DNA from: Patescibacteria group bacterium
Lineage (GTDB): Bacteria; Patescibacteriota; Minisyncoccia; Phycocordibacterales; JACOZG01
Direction: 5' to 3'
Length of the DNA stretch: 64,000 nucleotides
Assembly (NCBI GenBank): GCA_038065495.1
Contig: JBBTQW010000002.1
Location: 81,321 to 145,320 of the forward strand
Of this stretch, positions 19,180 through 28,866 are shown piece after piece. Position numbers and translations under genes: made by a program. Position 1 is the first letter of the stretch; every line of letters begins with the position of its first letter. The notes below the pieces were generated by a model that saw nothing but the letters and a program-made list of their open reading frames with translations, ran no database searches and was not told where the DNA came from.

Positions 19180-19271
19180 ACTTAAACCTCCAATTTTTTG
19201 AGAAAAGTTTAGAAGAAAAAAGAGCCTCTGGAATCAACTATACACCGAATTGCTTATTTGTAAAATAATTT

Positions 19272-20921
19272 CTAACTCTTAAAATATTCTGGCGCATTGG
19301 TGCGCATCCAGTCAAAGACTTGCCGCATCACGTAAGTGGCGCCAATGAGGTTAGTATGCGAACCTTTTTCCATCACAATTGTAAACGCGTAGCGCGGATT
19401 ATCGTAGGGGAAAAAGCCCGCTACCCACGAGTTCACAAACTGCTTGCTGGCGCCCAGCTCGGCGGTACCAGTTTTACCCGCCACAGCTAGATCAGTCATG
19501 TTCAAGCCAACAGCCGTCCCCTCGCGCACAGATAAGCGCATGCCCTCGCGCACAATCTGGAGATTATCATTATCAAGCCCGGGAATCGTTTCCCACATTG
19601 GCGAGGCGCCAGGCTCGGTAGCTGTGAGCGTGGGTGTGACAAGATGTCCACCGTTGGCAATCGCCGCAATCGCCCGCACGATCTGTAGCGGCGTGACTTG
19701 GAAGCCATATTGACCGATAACCGTGTGATAAGTATTGCCGAGCAACCAATCGGCGCCGTCAAAGTTCTCACGCTTCCACTCCGGCGTGGGCACCGCGCCG
19801 GCCGCTTCGCCAGCGAACTGACTGCCGGTCTTCTCGCCCAAACCAAACAAGTGCGCATATTGATCAATTTTCGCGATGCCCAAACCTTTTTGATCAGCGT
19901 ACCCGCCGCCAATCGCATAAAAATAGACATCAGACGAAACAGCAATTGCGTGACGCAGATCGACCCAGCCATGCGCCTTCCAGTCTTTAAAGACAGTTGG
20001 CTTATCGGGAAAGTACGGATTAGGAATGCTAATCTGCCCAGTGCTCTCAATTTGCTTGTCGGGCGAGATCAATTTTTCTGTCAGCGCCGCTGTGGCCATA
20101 ATCGGTTTGATGATCGAGCCAGGCGTGTACAAACCAGCCACCGCGCGGTTTAAGAACGGATGACGTTCATCTGTTATAAAAGAATTTATTTTAGTTTTAT
20201 CAACGCCAGCGACAAGAATATTCTGATCATATTCTGGATTATTGACCAGCGCGATAATCTCGCCAGTGCTCACGTCCAGCATCACACCGGAGCCAGCCAC
20301 AAACTTGCCGTCACTGACCAGGCTATCAATTGCATGATAAAACGCGCTCTGGAGCCGAGCGTCTACAGCAAGCGTGAGATTCTCACCGGCCACTGGCGGC
20401 TCGAGTAAATAATCCGAATGCGGTTTACCCGCCACGTCCACTTCTTCAATTTTAATTCCAGGCGTGCCACGGAGTAGCAAGTTAAAAATCTTTTCCGCGC
20501 CATCACGGCCGATCAGTTCATCAGCGTCAAAGTTTTCTTCTTTTACTTCTGACTCTTTTGGCTTGCTAATGTAGCCAACCAAGTGCGCAAAACCGGGTTG
20601 AGTGATGTAACGCCGACCGTGATCGTTCCAAGCTAGTTCTGTACCCAATCGATCCGTAATAATTCCTCGATCTGCGAAAATATCTAATCTTCTTAGTGTG
20701 TTGTTCGCACTGCGCGTCGCTAATTCTTCGCCATTTACAATCTGCAACTGCAAAGTCCGGCCAAAAAAGATCAAAACTACCAGCAACAAACTGGCTGTGA
20801 GCCAAGAGAAAGCACGCCGACCAATCGGCCGCTCGATCTGCCCTTCAAATTGTTGTTTATCGAAAGAAGGTAAATTGCTGGCATCGAGCAAAACTTCTTC
20901 TGGATCTAAATATTTCTTCAC
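19272..20921 (-). CDS. mrdA: Penicillin-binding protein 2 (elongation)
   Basis: PGSIIK, SSD and KTGTAE motifs; mreBC context. Confidence 0.9.
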   Translation of the reverse strand: MKKYLDPEEVLLDASNLPSFDKQQFEGQIERPIGRRAFSWLTASLLLVVLIFFGRTLQLQIVNGEELATRSANNTLRRLDIFADRGIITDRLGTELAWNDHGRRYITQPGFAHLVGYISKPKESEVKEENFDADELIGRDGAEKIFNLLLRGTPGIKIEEVDVAGKPHSDYLLEPPVAGENLTLAVDARLQSAFYHAIDSLVSDGKFVAGSGVMLDVSTGEIIALVNNPEYDQNILVAGVDKTKINSFITDERHPFLNRAVAGLYTPGSIIKPIMATAALTEKLISPDKQIESTGQISIPNPYFPDKPTVFKDWKAHGWVDLRHAIAVSSDVYFYAIGGGYADQKGLGIAKIDQYAHLFGLGEKTGSQFAGEAAGAVPTPEWKRENFDGADWLLGNTYHTVIGQYGFQVTPLQIVRAIAAIANGGHLVTPTLTATEPGASPMWETIPGLDNDNLQIVREGMRLSVREGTAVGLNMTDLAVAGKTGTAELGASKQFVNSWVAGFFPYDNPRYAFTIVMEKGSHTNLIGATYVMRQVFDWMRTNAPEYFKS

Positions 20922-20923
20922 AG

Positions 20924-21193
20924 TTAGATTCTAACATTTTGATGCAACTCGCGCGCCAGCAAGAGCAAGATCACAGCAAAAATTGTCACCGGAAGTGTGA
21001 GCCGTAGCGGCCCAGCCAAACGCGCGCTGTAAGTGAGATCAAAAAGTAGAGCAATAAATAATAGCGCGTAAAAATCCGGATAAAATAAAATTAAGCCAAA
21101 AATGGCGAGCACGATCAACCACCACGGCAGCCACCACACGCCCAAGAGCAAAACTAAACTAATTATTATCTTGTTTCTGTAAGATAGAGACAT
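20924..21193 (-). CDS. Small membrane protein in the MreD position
   Basis: Three hydrophobic segments; lies between mreC and mrdA. Confidence 0.6.
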   Translation of the reverse strand: MSLSYRNKIIISLVLLLGVWWLPWWLIVLAIFGLILFYPDFYALLFIALLFDLTYSARLAGPLRLTLPVTIFAVILLLLARELHQNVRI

Positions 21194-22001
21194 ATTTGAG
21201 ACTATTTGCGTCTAGTGGTGCTCGGAGATAGAGCGTTTGCTCAGTTTTATTGGCTTCACTCTCCACTGCGCCAACTATTGCGACTAACCAATCCTGGCTA
21301 GCGCTCGGCACAATTGCTCGCTCGCCCACCGCCACGCTCAAGCCGCGCGGCACGGTAGCGATAAAATTGCCGCCACCACGACCAAGCAGTGTAACTGGCA
21401 CGCGCGCCTCGCCCAAGAGCGCTGGGGTAGTAAGACCAGCGAGCGTGAGTAATCTAACGCGACTGGTCGCACCGGTAACCTGCACAACAGCGCCAAGCCA
21501 GACGTGATCAAGCGTGGTGATCCAGTCATTAATTTTTATTTCCGGCTGACTATTGGCACTCCCCAGATCAAGTGTCAGCACATCAAACGGACCCGAATGC
21601 TCTGCACCCAAAGAGCGAGCGATTAATTGTGTTGATTTATTTTGTTCAAGAATTTTACCAGCACTGGCCCGCAAGCTTTCGTTATCTTTCTGCAATTGCT
21701 CACTCTGTGTGGCCAATAAATTAGCGCTGGCTAGTTTGAGTTGCAAATCTTGATTCTCTAAAATTAGTTTATTTTTATCAGCAAAAGCGACCGTAAAACC
21801 TTGCCAGATACTGGCAACATTCGTACCGATATTCCAGAAAGGTCGAGCGACACTTGTAGCCACGCCAGCGCCCAGCTGATGAATCCCCGCACCAGCAAAA
21901 ACTAAAACCACCAAGACAGCTATTAAGCCCAGAGTCAGCTTGAGCGACTTTTCACGCCGGCCATTATCCTGGCGTCTATTTGGGAGGGAGCTCATTGTCA
22001 T
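21159..22001 (-). CDS. mreC: Rod shape-determining protein MreC
   Basis: TM, coiled coil (ENxxL) and beta domain; directly after mreB. Confidence 0.8.
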   Translation of the reverse strand: MTMSSLPNRRQDNGRREKSLKLTLGLIAVLVVLVFAGAGIHQLGAGVATSVARPFWNIGTNVASIWQGFTVAFADKNKLILENQDLQLKLASANLLATQSEQLQKDNESLRASAGKILEQNKSTQLIARSLGAEHSGPFDVLTLDLGSANSQPEIKINDWITTLDHVWLGAVVQVTGATSRVRLLTLAGLTTPALLGEARVPVTLLGRGGGNFIATVPRGLSVAVGERAIVPSASQDWLVAIVGAVESEANKTEQTLYLRAPLDANSLKYVSILQKQDNN

Positions 22002-23028
22002 CAGTAATTAAAATATCGCGGAAATGGTCAAGATCTTCCAAGATCACGCCCGTACCGCGCACCACAGACGTAAGTGGATCATCCGTGAGATGAATCGGAA
22101 TTTTTAGTTCACTAGCCAGCAACTCCGGCAAACCTTGGATCAGCGAGCCGCCACCTGTGACCACAATCCCCTTGTGCATAATGTCAGAAACAACTTCCGG
22201 CGGCGTCGCTTCCAGCACTTCCTTCACCGCATCAACCAGCAGAGAAATAGAATCACTAATCGCCTCGCGAATATCGGCATCAGTAATCACTACCTCTTTG
22301 GGCAAACCAGTCACCAAGTCACGCCCACGAATCGTCGCATCTTGGGTCTCGCGCCGCTTCTGCACCGAGCCAATCGCAATCTTCACTTCTTCGGCCGTCT
22401 TCTCGCCCAGCAAAATTTTAAATTCATCACGCACATAAGCCACAATATCTTGATTCAATCTATTACCCGCGATCCTCAAATTTTTCGCCTGCACAATCCC
22501 ACCCAAGCTAATCACCGCAATGTCCGTTGTACCACCGCCAATGTCTACAATCATATTGCCCACCGGATCATGCACCGGCAAGCGGATCCCGACCGCTGCG
22601 GCCATCGGCTCCTCCACAATGTGCACGACGCCGGCACCAGCATTCTTGGCCGCATCACGCACAGCTCTAATCTCCACATTAGTGATCCCCGACGGCACAC
22701 CAATCACCACTCTTGGCCGGAGAAACTTCTTAGTCGAATCTTGGGCGACCTGACGCAAGAAATAAGCGAGCATCTCTTCGGCCACTTCAAAGTTCGAAAT
22801 CACGCCATCCACCAGGGGCTTGACTACCGTAATGTGCGTGGGCGTGCGGCCAACCATCTGCTTGGCGTCATTACCGATCGCCACCACGCGGCCGGTTTTC
22901 TCGTTAAGCGCCACCACCGATGGCTCGTTGATTACGATCCCGCGCTCTTTCACATACACCAGCGTATTGGCTGTGCCCAGATCGATGCCAATGTCATTAG
23001 AAAATAATTTATAAAAGCGCTTAAGCAT
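21976..23028 (-). CDS. mreB: Rod shape-determining protein MreB
   Basis: IGIDLGTANT, EPSVVA and DIGGGTT motifs. Confidence 0.96.
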   Translation of the reverse strand: MLKRFYKLFSNDIGIDLGTANTLVYVKERGIVINEPSVVALNEKTGRVVAIGNDAKQMVGRTPTHITVVKPLVDGVISNFEVAEEMLAYFLRQVAQDSTKKFLRPRVVIGVPSGITNVEIRAVRDAAKNAGAGVVHIVEEPMAAAVGIRLPVHDPVGNMIVDIGGGTTDIAVISLGGIVQAKNLRIAGNRLNQDIVAYVRDEFKILLGEKTAEEVKIAIGSVQKRRETQDATIRGRDLVTGLPKEVVITDADIREAISDSISLLVDAVKEVLEATPPEVVSDIMHKGIVVTGGGSLIQGLPELLASELKIPIHLTDDPLTSVVRGTGVILEDLDHFRDILITDDNELPPK

Positions 23029-23036
23029 TATTTAAT

Positions 23037-24290
23037 TTATTTTGCCAAAAATCTAATTAATTCTGTTTCGTCAATATTAGTTACTTCTCCAGTCTGCCGA
23101 TTTTTAAATTCTAATTTACCAGCCTCTAATGTTTTACTGCTGACTACAATCCGATTTGGCAAGCCAATCAAGTCCGCATCCGCAAATTTCTCTCCCGCCG
23201 GTGCGTCGCGATCATCGAACAAAACTTCAATCTTATTCTGCACTAATTTTTGATACAGTTTCTCACTAGCTTGTTTAACTTCGTCACTTTTGCCAGCCAG
23301 CGAAATTAAGTGAACCGAGAAAGGCGCGACACCTTCTGGCCAAACTAAGCCATTCTCGTCGCTCAAGACTTCGGCAATTGTGGCGAGCAAGCGACTTGGG
23401 CCCAGACCATAACTGCCCATCCAGACCGGCTGTTCTTTCCCTTCGGCGTCAAGAAAATTTAGTTTCAGTGGCTCAGAAAATCTGGTCCCGAGCGAGAAAA
23501 TATTGCCGACCTCGATTGCCTTGTGCGGCACTAAATCCTCTTTTTTTAAACCTAATTCTTCTAGCACTTCTGGCGTCGCCACCTCGATATTCACGGCCAG
23601 CTTCTCATCAGCTGATAAGTAAATCGTGTCTTCGCCGGCTTCAGAAAGTGTCTGGAACTCGTGACTATACTTCGAGAAAGCGCCGCCAGAAGCGAAAGTT
23701 AAGTAAGTTCTGTCACCCAAGCCAACTTGTTTAAAAATATTCTGATAAACGAGCAAAACTTGCTGATAAAATTCTTCCTGCTCTGTTTGCGTGGCATGAA
23801 AAGAATATAAATCTTTCATCAAGAATTCTCGACCGCGCATCAAGCCCGATTTTGCTCGTGTTTCGTTTCTAAACTTAGTCTGGATCTGATAAATCGCTCT
23901 GGGTAAGTCGCGATAAGATTTAATGTGATCGCGTAATAAATTAGTCAGTGGCTCTTCGTGGGTAAAGCCTAAACCAAGTTCACTCTCGTTTTTTAATTTA
24001 GTTTTGAACCACACGTCCACTTCCTGATCATTCCAACGACCACTCGCCTGCCAGATTTCTGGATTCTGCAAGGCCGATAAATTTACTTCCACCGCACCTA
24101 ATTTATTCATCTCACTTCTAATCAGTCTGTTTATCTTTTCTAGCGTCTTTAAGCCCAGCGGCAAGTAACTATAAACTCCGGCCAATTCTTTGTGCACAAA
24201 GCCGGCTCTAATCAGTAACTGCGCGTTTTTGCTAACCTCATCCTTCGGCGCCTCGCGACGCGTTTTCGTAAAGAGTTGTGATTGTTTCAT
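23037..24290 (-). CDS. proS: Prolyl-tRNA synthetase (no INS editing domain)
   Basis: QLLIRAGF, THEE, KFRNE.R...GLMRGREF.MKD.YSF; anticodon-binding domain. Confidence 0.95.
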   Translation of the reverse strand: MKQSQLFTKTRREAPKDEVSKNAQLLIRAGFVHKELAGVYSYLPLGLKTLEKINRLIRSEMNKLGAVEVNLSALQNPEIWQASGRWNDQEVDVWFKTKLKNESELGLGFTHEEPLTNLLRDHIKSYRDLPRAIYQIQTKFRNETRAKSGLMRGREFLMKDLYSFHATQTEQEEFYQQVLLVYQNIFKQVGLGDRTYLTFASGGAFSKYSHEFQTLSEAGEDTIYLSADEKLAVNIEVATPEVLEELGLKKEDLVPHKAIEVGNIFSLGTRFSEPLKLNFLDAEGKEQPVWMGSYGLGPSRLLATIAEVLSDENGLVWPEGVAPFSVHLISLAGKSDEVKQASEKLYQKLVQNKIEVLFDDRDAPAGEKFADADLIGLPNRIVVSSKTLEAGKLEFKNRQTGEVTNIDETELIRFLAK

Positions 24291-24309
24291 GGTGAGGCTA
24301 GTTTAACGC

Positions 24310-24406
24310 AAAAAAAGAGCCCCCGCAAACACTTGCAAAAGGGGCTCAAGAAAATCTATTAAGCCGGCGAGCAACAAAAAGGGCCCGCCACACACGTGAC
24401 GAGCCC
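24310..24406 (-). terminator. Two tandem intrinsic terminators (24310-24347 and 24376-24406)
   Basis: GAGCCCC...GGGGCTC and GGGC.CG...CGAGCCC stems, each next to an A-tract. Confidence 0.55.
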
Positions 24407-24435
24407 AGCATCGCCTTCACCAACCCTGGCTTAGG

Positions 24436-24663
24436 CTAGCAGAAACACTCGGGAGTTGTTTTTTCTTTGGGAACTGCAAAACCAAACACAATCTGTTCGC
24501 CGGGGCGAGAAGCTCTTTTCTTAGCTTTGGCTTGCTTCTGTTGCGCTTCCCGACGTTTATGGACTGACTGAAACAAGATGTTGACGATCCTCACTTCAGC
24601 ATCGCCGACAGTGGTTGTGTTCGATCTCCCGAAAGAACTATTTGTTGGCTTTGTTTTCTTCAT
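24436..24663 (-). CDS. Small basic hypothetical protein (solo cassette)
   Basis: SD-like AAAGGA; TGaTATAGT -10 at 24693-24688. Confidence 0.5.
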   Translation of the reverse strand: MKKTKPTNSSFGRSNTTTVGDAEVRIVNILFQSVHKRREAQQKQAKAKKRASRPGEQIVFGFAVPKEKTTPECFC

Positions 24664-24701
24664 AACCAACCATCCTTTCTGATTAGAACTATATCACAAA
24701 G

Positions 24702-25808
24702 CTATTTTAATAGCAAGCGCGCAATATCGCCGTAAGTGACCACCGCCATCAAGAGCAAGAGCAAACCAAAGCCAACCAGATTTAGAGTGTTAGCAACTTG
24801 CGGCTTGATCGCCGAGCCTTTGATTTTTTCTATTAACAAAAACAACAATCTGCCGCCATCGAGCGCCGGGAAGGGCAACAAATTTAGCACGGCTAAATTT
24901 ATAGATATAAAAGCCGTGAACGAAAGCAAGTAAACCCAACCGAGACTGGCCGCATCGCCGACTAAGCCAGCCAAGCCCACCGGCCCGGTGATATTCTCCA
25001 GCACTGGTTGGCCAGCAAAAGCTTGTTTAATTAAATCAAATAAACCAACGACAGTAGCGATAGTGATGTCAGAAGTTAGCACTGCGCCACGAGCAAAGGC
25101 CGGGAACAAGCCAAGTTTAGAAGTAATCACTTCTTCCAAACCAATGCCAATGATGGCCCGTGATTCTGAATTAGTTGGATCAATTTGTGGTTGAACAGTA
25201 ATTTTCTGTTCAGTTCCGGCTCGTTTAATCACTAAATCTAGATTTTGCGCCGGATGTGCGGCCATAAAGTCAGCCACAGTTTTTGGCTCTAGTTGCTCTG
25301 GCTGTTTTTGTAAACTGTCAGTTAAGCTCACAATTTCGTCACCAAGCTTGAGGCCAGACTTTTCTGCTGGGGAATCAGTTTTGACTGTTGTAATTAGTAA
25401 GCGCGACTCGCCAGTCAAGCCCGCTGGTGCCTCACTACTCGCCACTGGCAAGCCGGACATCAGGCCAATGCTCAAGAAGAGCCAAGCCAGAATCAAATTG
25501 CAAACCACGCCAGCGACAAGAACTAAAGCCTGCTGATATCTTGGTCTATTTATCAAACTCCGCGAGGCGTCAAAACCGGTGAGCGCTTCTTCGTCTGGAT
25601 TCTCGCCAAAAATTTTCACGAACCCACCAAATGGTAACCAGTTTAAAGAATAAGTAGTTTCCCCACGCTTAAAACCGAAAACGCGCGGTGGGAAGCCGAG
25701 GCCAAACTCGTCCACACGCACACCACACTTCTTGGCCACGATAAAATGCCCAAACTCGTGCGAGAGAATCAGCACGGCGAGAACAATAATAAAAATAATT
25801 ACAGACAC
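24702..25808 (-). CDS. rseP: RIP metalloprotease RseP (M50 with PDZ)
   Basis: HEFGH, PDZ domain and NLLPFPALDGG. Confidence 0.94.
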   Translation of the reverse strand: MSVIIFIIVLAVLILSHEFGHFIVAKKCGVRVDEFGLGFPPRVFGFKRGETTYSLNWLPFGGFVKIFGENPDEEALTGFDASRSLINRPRYQQALVLVAGVVCNLILAWLFLSIGLMSGLPVASSEAPAGLTGESRLLITTVKTDSPAEKSGLKLGDEIVSLTDSLQKQPEQLEPKTVADFMAAHPAQNLDLVIKRAGTEQKITVQPQIDPTNSESRAIIGIGLEEVITSKLGLFPAFARGAVLTSDITIATVVGLFDLIKQAFAGQPVLENITGPVGLAGLVGDAASLGWVYLLSFTAFISINLAVLNLLPFPALDGGRLLFLLIEKIKGSAIKPQVANTLNLVGFGLLLLLMAVVTYGDIARLLLK

Positions 25809-25826
25809 AAAATATTTTTTACTAAA

Positions 25827-26378
25827 CTAACTCCCAATTTCCGTCTCTTTGCGCGCTTTCATTTCGTCTATTTTTGCACTTTCTGCATCCACAATTTTCT
25901 GCAATTCTTCTTTCAACCTAAACTTATCGTCTTCGCTAATTTCTTTATTCTTTTCTTTTTCTTGAATCTCATTCCAAGTTTTTTCCCGTTCTTTCCGGAG
26001 CGAGATTTTTGCTTCTTCAGATTTTTCGTGAGCGAGTTTAAGTAAAATCTTGCGTTTATCAGCCGTTAATTCTGGGAAAATCACACGGATCGCCGTGCCG
26101 TCTGTGGTGACAGACACGCCAAGATTTGCAACTTGAATAGCCTGCTCCACGCCTCTGACTTGCGACTGATCCCACAAGCCAATCTTGAGCGTCCGCACAT
26201 CCTCCACGCCAATCGCGCCCACGCTCTTGAGCGGGACCCGCGCGCCGTAGCTCTCCACTTGCACGCTATCCAAGAGCGCTGGCGTGGCTCGACCCGTCCG
26301 AATGCTCGCAAACTCCCGCCCGAGCCAATCCTCGATCTCGGTAATCTTATTTTTTAAACTAGCAAAGTTGTAACTCAT
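25827..26378 (-). CDS. frr: Ribosome recycling factor
   Basis: IRTGRA.P.LLD and ISED motifs. Confidence 0.95.
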   Translation of the reverse strand: MSYNFASLKNKITEIEDWLGREFASIRTGRATPALLDSVQVESYGARVPLKSVGAIGVEDVRTLKIGLWDQSQVRGVEQAIQVANLGVSVTTDGTAIRVIFPELTADKRKILLKLAHEKSEEAKISLRKEREKTWNEIQEKEKNKEISEDDKFRLKEELQKIVDAESAKIDEMKARKETEIGS

Positions 26379-26408
26379 AAAAATTATTCTACCAGATTTT
26401 TAGACAAG

Positions 26409-26438
26409 AAAAAAGGCGCACCGCTAGGGATGCGCCTT
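26409..26438 (-). terminator. Intrinsic terminator of the 26474 cassette
   Basis: AAGGCGCA...TGCGCCTT stem plus A-tract. Confidence 0.65.
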
Positions 26439-26473
26439 GGAGATTTTGCGAAAACCTGCCTAAAAACATTGCC

Positions 26474-26977
26474 CTACGAGCCCCACCGAGAGTGACGACT
26501 GTTACGTACCTCCCAGGAATTCCGGCACATTTGCCGAGGATATGAACCCATCTTCGCAAACTTGTCTGCCAACTCCTGGAAAGTGCCCTTCTCCCGTGCT
26601 GAGACCCAAGAATGTATCCGAGGTGGGCAACTTATTTTAACTGGCCGAACCCATCCGTGCCTGCCCCGGTTATGACCCCACAGCCATCGATACCCTTTAT
26701 AAGATATCTTGAGCTTAGAAACAAAGTGTTGTTCGGGACTGTATCGCACCTCAGGAAGAGACGATCCGGTGGCCACAACACGAATACCGCCACCAAACAA
26801 AACGACTCGCCAATGTAATTCGTCGATCAATGTCCATGCTGGAGCAGAAGTATACTTAATTTGTTTGGGGAAGAACATAGGTAGTTCAACTTCCTTTTCT
26901 GCGCGAACCTGATCAATGGCGATCAAGCTTTGTTTGATAACCTGAATTACAAATTCAGGAAGGACGATAGTAGTCAT
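26474..26977 (-). CDS. Hypothetical protein (solo cassette)
   Basis: SD AAAGGTGG; own promoter and terminator. Confidence 0.6.
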   Translation of the reverse strand: MTTIVLPEFVIQVIKQSLIAIDQVRAEKEVELPMFFPKQIKYTSAPAWTLIDELHWRVVLFGGGIRVVATGSSLPEVRYSPEQHFVSKLKISYKGYRWLWGHNRGRHGWVRPVKISCPPRIHSWVSAREKGTFQELADKFAKMGSYPRQMCRNSWEVRNSRHSRWGS

Positions 26978-27082
26978 AACGACCACCTTTCTTCCGTACT
27001 GATAACACGGACAATTCGATGCGCAAATAACGCACCAACTCTTAACTAAATTGTGAAAGAACGCCTCTCACTTCCAACCCCC

Positions 27083-27110
27083 ATTATAGCAAATGGGTAG
27101 AAATTGTCAA
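27083..27110 (-). promoter_or_regulatory. Consensus promoter TTGACA-16-TATAAT
   Basis: Read directly; boxA-like GTTCTTTCACAA follows at 27062-27051. Confidence 0.75.
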
Positions 27111-27130
27111 GGGGTAAAAAGTGCTTATTC

Positions 27131-27838
27131 TTAGCCCTGCTTTAGCACCGGCAAAATGAGCGCAATGTGTTGCAGAACTAATCTAGAAGCGCCAGATGGA
27201 TGTGATAAGTGCTCGCGGCCAGCGCGGATTTCGGCTAGAGCGAAGATTAATTGCTCACTCGCCTCTTGTGGTTTGAGTATTTTTGCTAAAGCTTGCTCGA
27301 GATTATTTAAAAAATCCAAACTCACGCCTTTGTGATTATCTTCGTTATCGTCTAGTAATTTTTCGAGATATTTTAATCTCACTTCTGGATTATTTTTGAT
27401 AAAATCTAATATTTCTGTTTGCTCTATTTTTTCTTCTGTTTTATTTTCAGTTTTTTCCGGCAAAATTAACTTTTCTAAGCGAGATAAAAGCGTAGGCAAG
27501 AGCAAGCCAGAATTACTTGTCCCCAAGATGAAAACTGTGCCGAGTGGCGGTTCTTCGAGGATTTTCAATAAAACATTCTGCGCTTCGGGCGTGATGCTCT
27601 CGAACCAGATCAGAATAAACTTTTTATTTTCTACATCACTCGCTCGCCCACCACGTTCGCGAATCTCGCGCGCTTCGTTGATGCCAATAATGCCAAAAGT
27701 CCAATTCTCTATTTTATTTTTTTCCTCGTTGAGTAGCAGAGAATCAGGCAAGCCAGACCAAACTTCTGTCGTGCTAGTGACGAGATAAGCGTGATGCTTA
27801 AAATCAGTTTTTGGAGATGATACTCTTTTTGTAGACAT
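27131..27838 (-). CDS. holB: DNA polymerase III delta'-like subunit (shortened)
   Basis: HHAYL, IGINEAREI and AQNVLLKILEEPP motifs. Confidence 0.75.
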   Translation of the reverse strand: MSTKRVSSPKTDFKHHAYLVTSTTEVWSGLPDSLLLNEEKNKIENWTFGIIGINEAREIRERGGRASDVENKKFILIWFESITPEAQNVLLKILEEPPLGTVFILGTSNSGLLLPTLLSRLEKLILPEKTENKTEEKIEQTEILDFIKNNPEVRLKYLEKLLDDNEDNHKGVSLDFLNNLEQALAKILKPQEASEQLIFALAEIRAGREHLSHPSGASRLVLQHIALILPVLKQG

Positions 27839-28817
27839 TGAGATGCTCCAGCGCAATGCCGGTGCCGTTGACGACGCAGTAGAGCGGATCGGTGGCCACG
27901 CGCGCTTTTACTCCAGTGCGCCGGTAAACCAGTTCTGCGAGGTTAGATAACTGCGCCGAGCCGCCGGTCATAATCACGCCGTGGTCGATGATGTCACTAG
28001 CCAGCTCGGGTGGAGTGTCTTGGAAGACGCTCTTGATTGCTTTCACAATTTCGCGTAATTCATTATCAATCGCTTTTACAATCTCATTCGTTTTTACTTC
28101 CGCTGATCTGGGTAGACCGGTGAGGAAGTCGCGGCCTTTGATGGTATAAGATTCTTCGTTCTCAATCGGCACGGCGGAACCAATTTTGATCTTCACTTCT
28201 TCCGCCGTTTTATCACCAATCGCGAGATTGAAAGTTTTTTTGATGTAATCCGTAATCGCCTGATCTATCTTATTGCCCGCGTACTTTACAGACGTAGAAG
28301 CCACGATGCCGCCCAAACTAATTACCGCCACATCGGTAGTACCACCGCCAATATCGCAAACCATATGACCTCTTGGCTCATAGATCGGAATGCCCGCGCC
28401 GATAGCGGCCAAAATTGGCTCTTTAACGACGTAAGCATTCTTCGCGCCCGCTTTGAGTGCTGCTTCTATAACAGCTCGCCGTTCCGTACTCGTCACACCG
28501 GCGGGGACAGAGATCATCACGTCTGGTTTGAAGAAGTTAAACTTGCCGATTGCTTTATTGATATAGTAACGCAACATTACTTCTGTCACTCGGTAATCCG
28601 CAATTACGCCGTCCTTCATCGGCCGATAGGCGGTAATATTATCCGGCGTTTTGCCGATCATCTCTTTGGCCTCAAGACCAACGGCTAAGACTTTATTATC
28701 AAGTTCTGAAACGGCAACAACCGACGGCTCGTTTAAGACAATTCCTCGTCCGGGGACGAAGACGAGCGTATTGGCTGTGCCAAGATCAATGCCCAATTTT
28801 TTGACCCAAAAGCTCAT
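27804..28817 (-). CDS. Second MreB/Mbl-family actin homolog
   Basis: LGIDLGTANT, EPSVVA and DIGGGTTD motifs. Confidence 0.93.
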   Translation of the reverse strand: MSFWVKKLGIDLGTANTLVFVPGRGIVLNEPSVVAVSELDNKVLAVGLEAKEMIGKTPDNITAYRPMKDGVIADYRVTEVMLRYYINKAIGKFNFFKPDVMISVPAGVTSTERRAVIEAALKAGAKNAYVVKEPILAAIGAGIPIYEPRGHMVCDIGGGTTDVAVISLGGIVASTSVKYAGNKIDQAITDYIKKTFNLAIGDKTAEEVKIKIGSAVPIENEESYTIKGRDFLTGLPRSAEVKTNEIVKAIDNELREIVKAIKSVFQDTPPELASDIIDHGVIMTGGSAQLSNLAELVYRRTGVKARVATDPLYCVVNGTGIALEHLNVYKKSIISKN

Positions 28818-28866
28818 GCCTGACAGTGTATGGCTTTTTCGCCCTTTTTACAATATAGTGAGGCTC

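Noticed and set aside
22135-23007. 290-aa plus-strand ORF
   Set aside because: Antisense shadow of mreB with no recognisable motifs.
21976-28817. Two mreB paralogs as a novelty
   Set aside because: Multiple MreB/Mbl paralogs are common in monoderm bacteria.
28651-28866. 72-aa N-terminal extension of PriA in the ORF track
   Set aside because: Overlaps the divergent mreB paralog; the ATG at 28867 has a -10 element 7 nt upstream.
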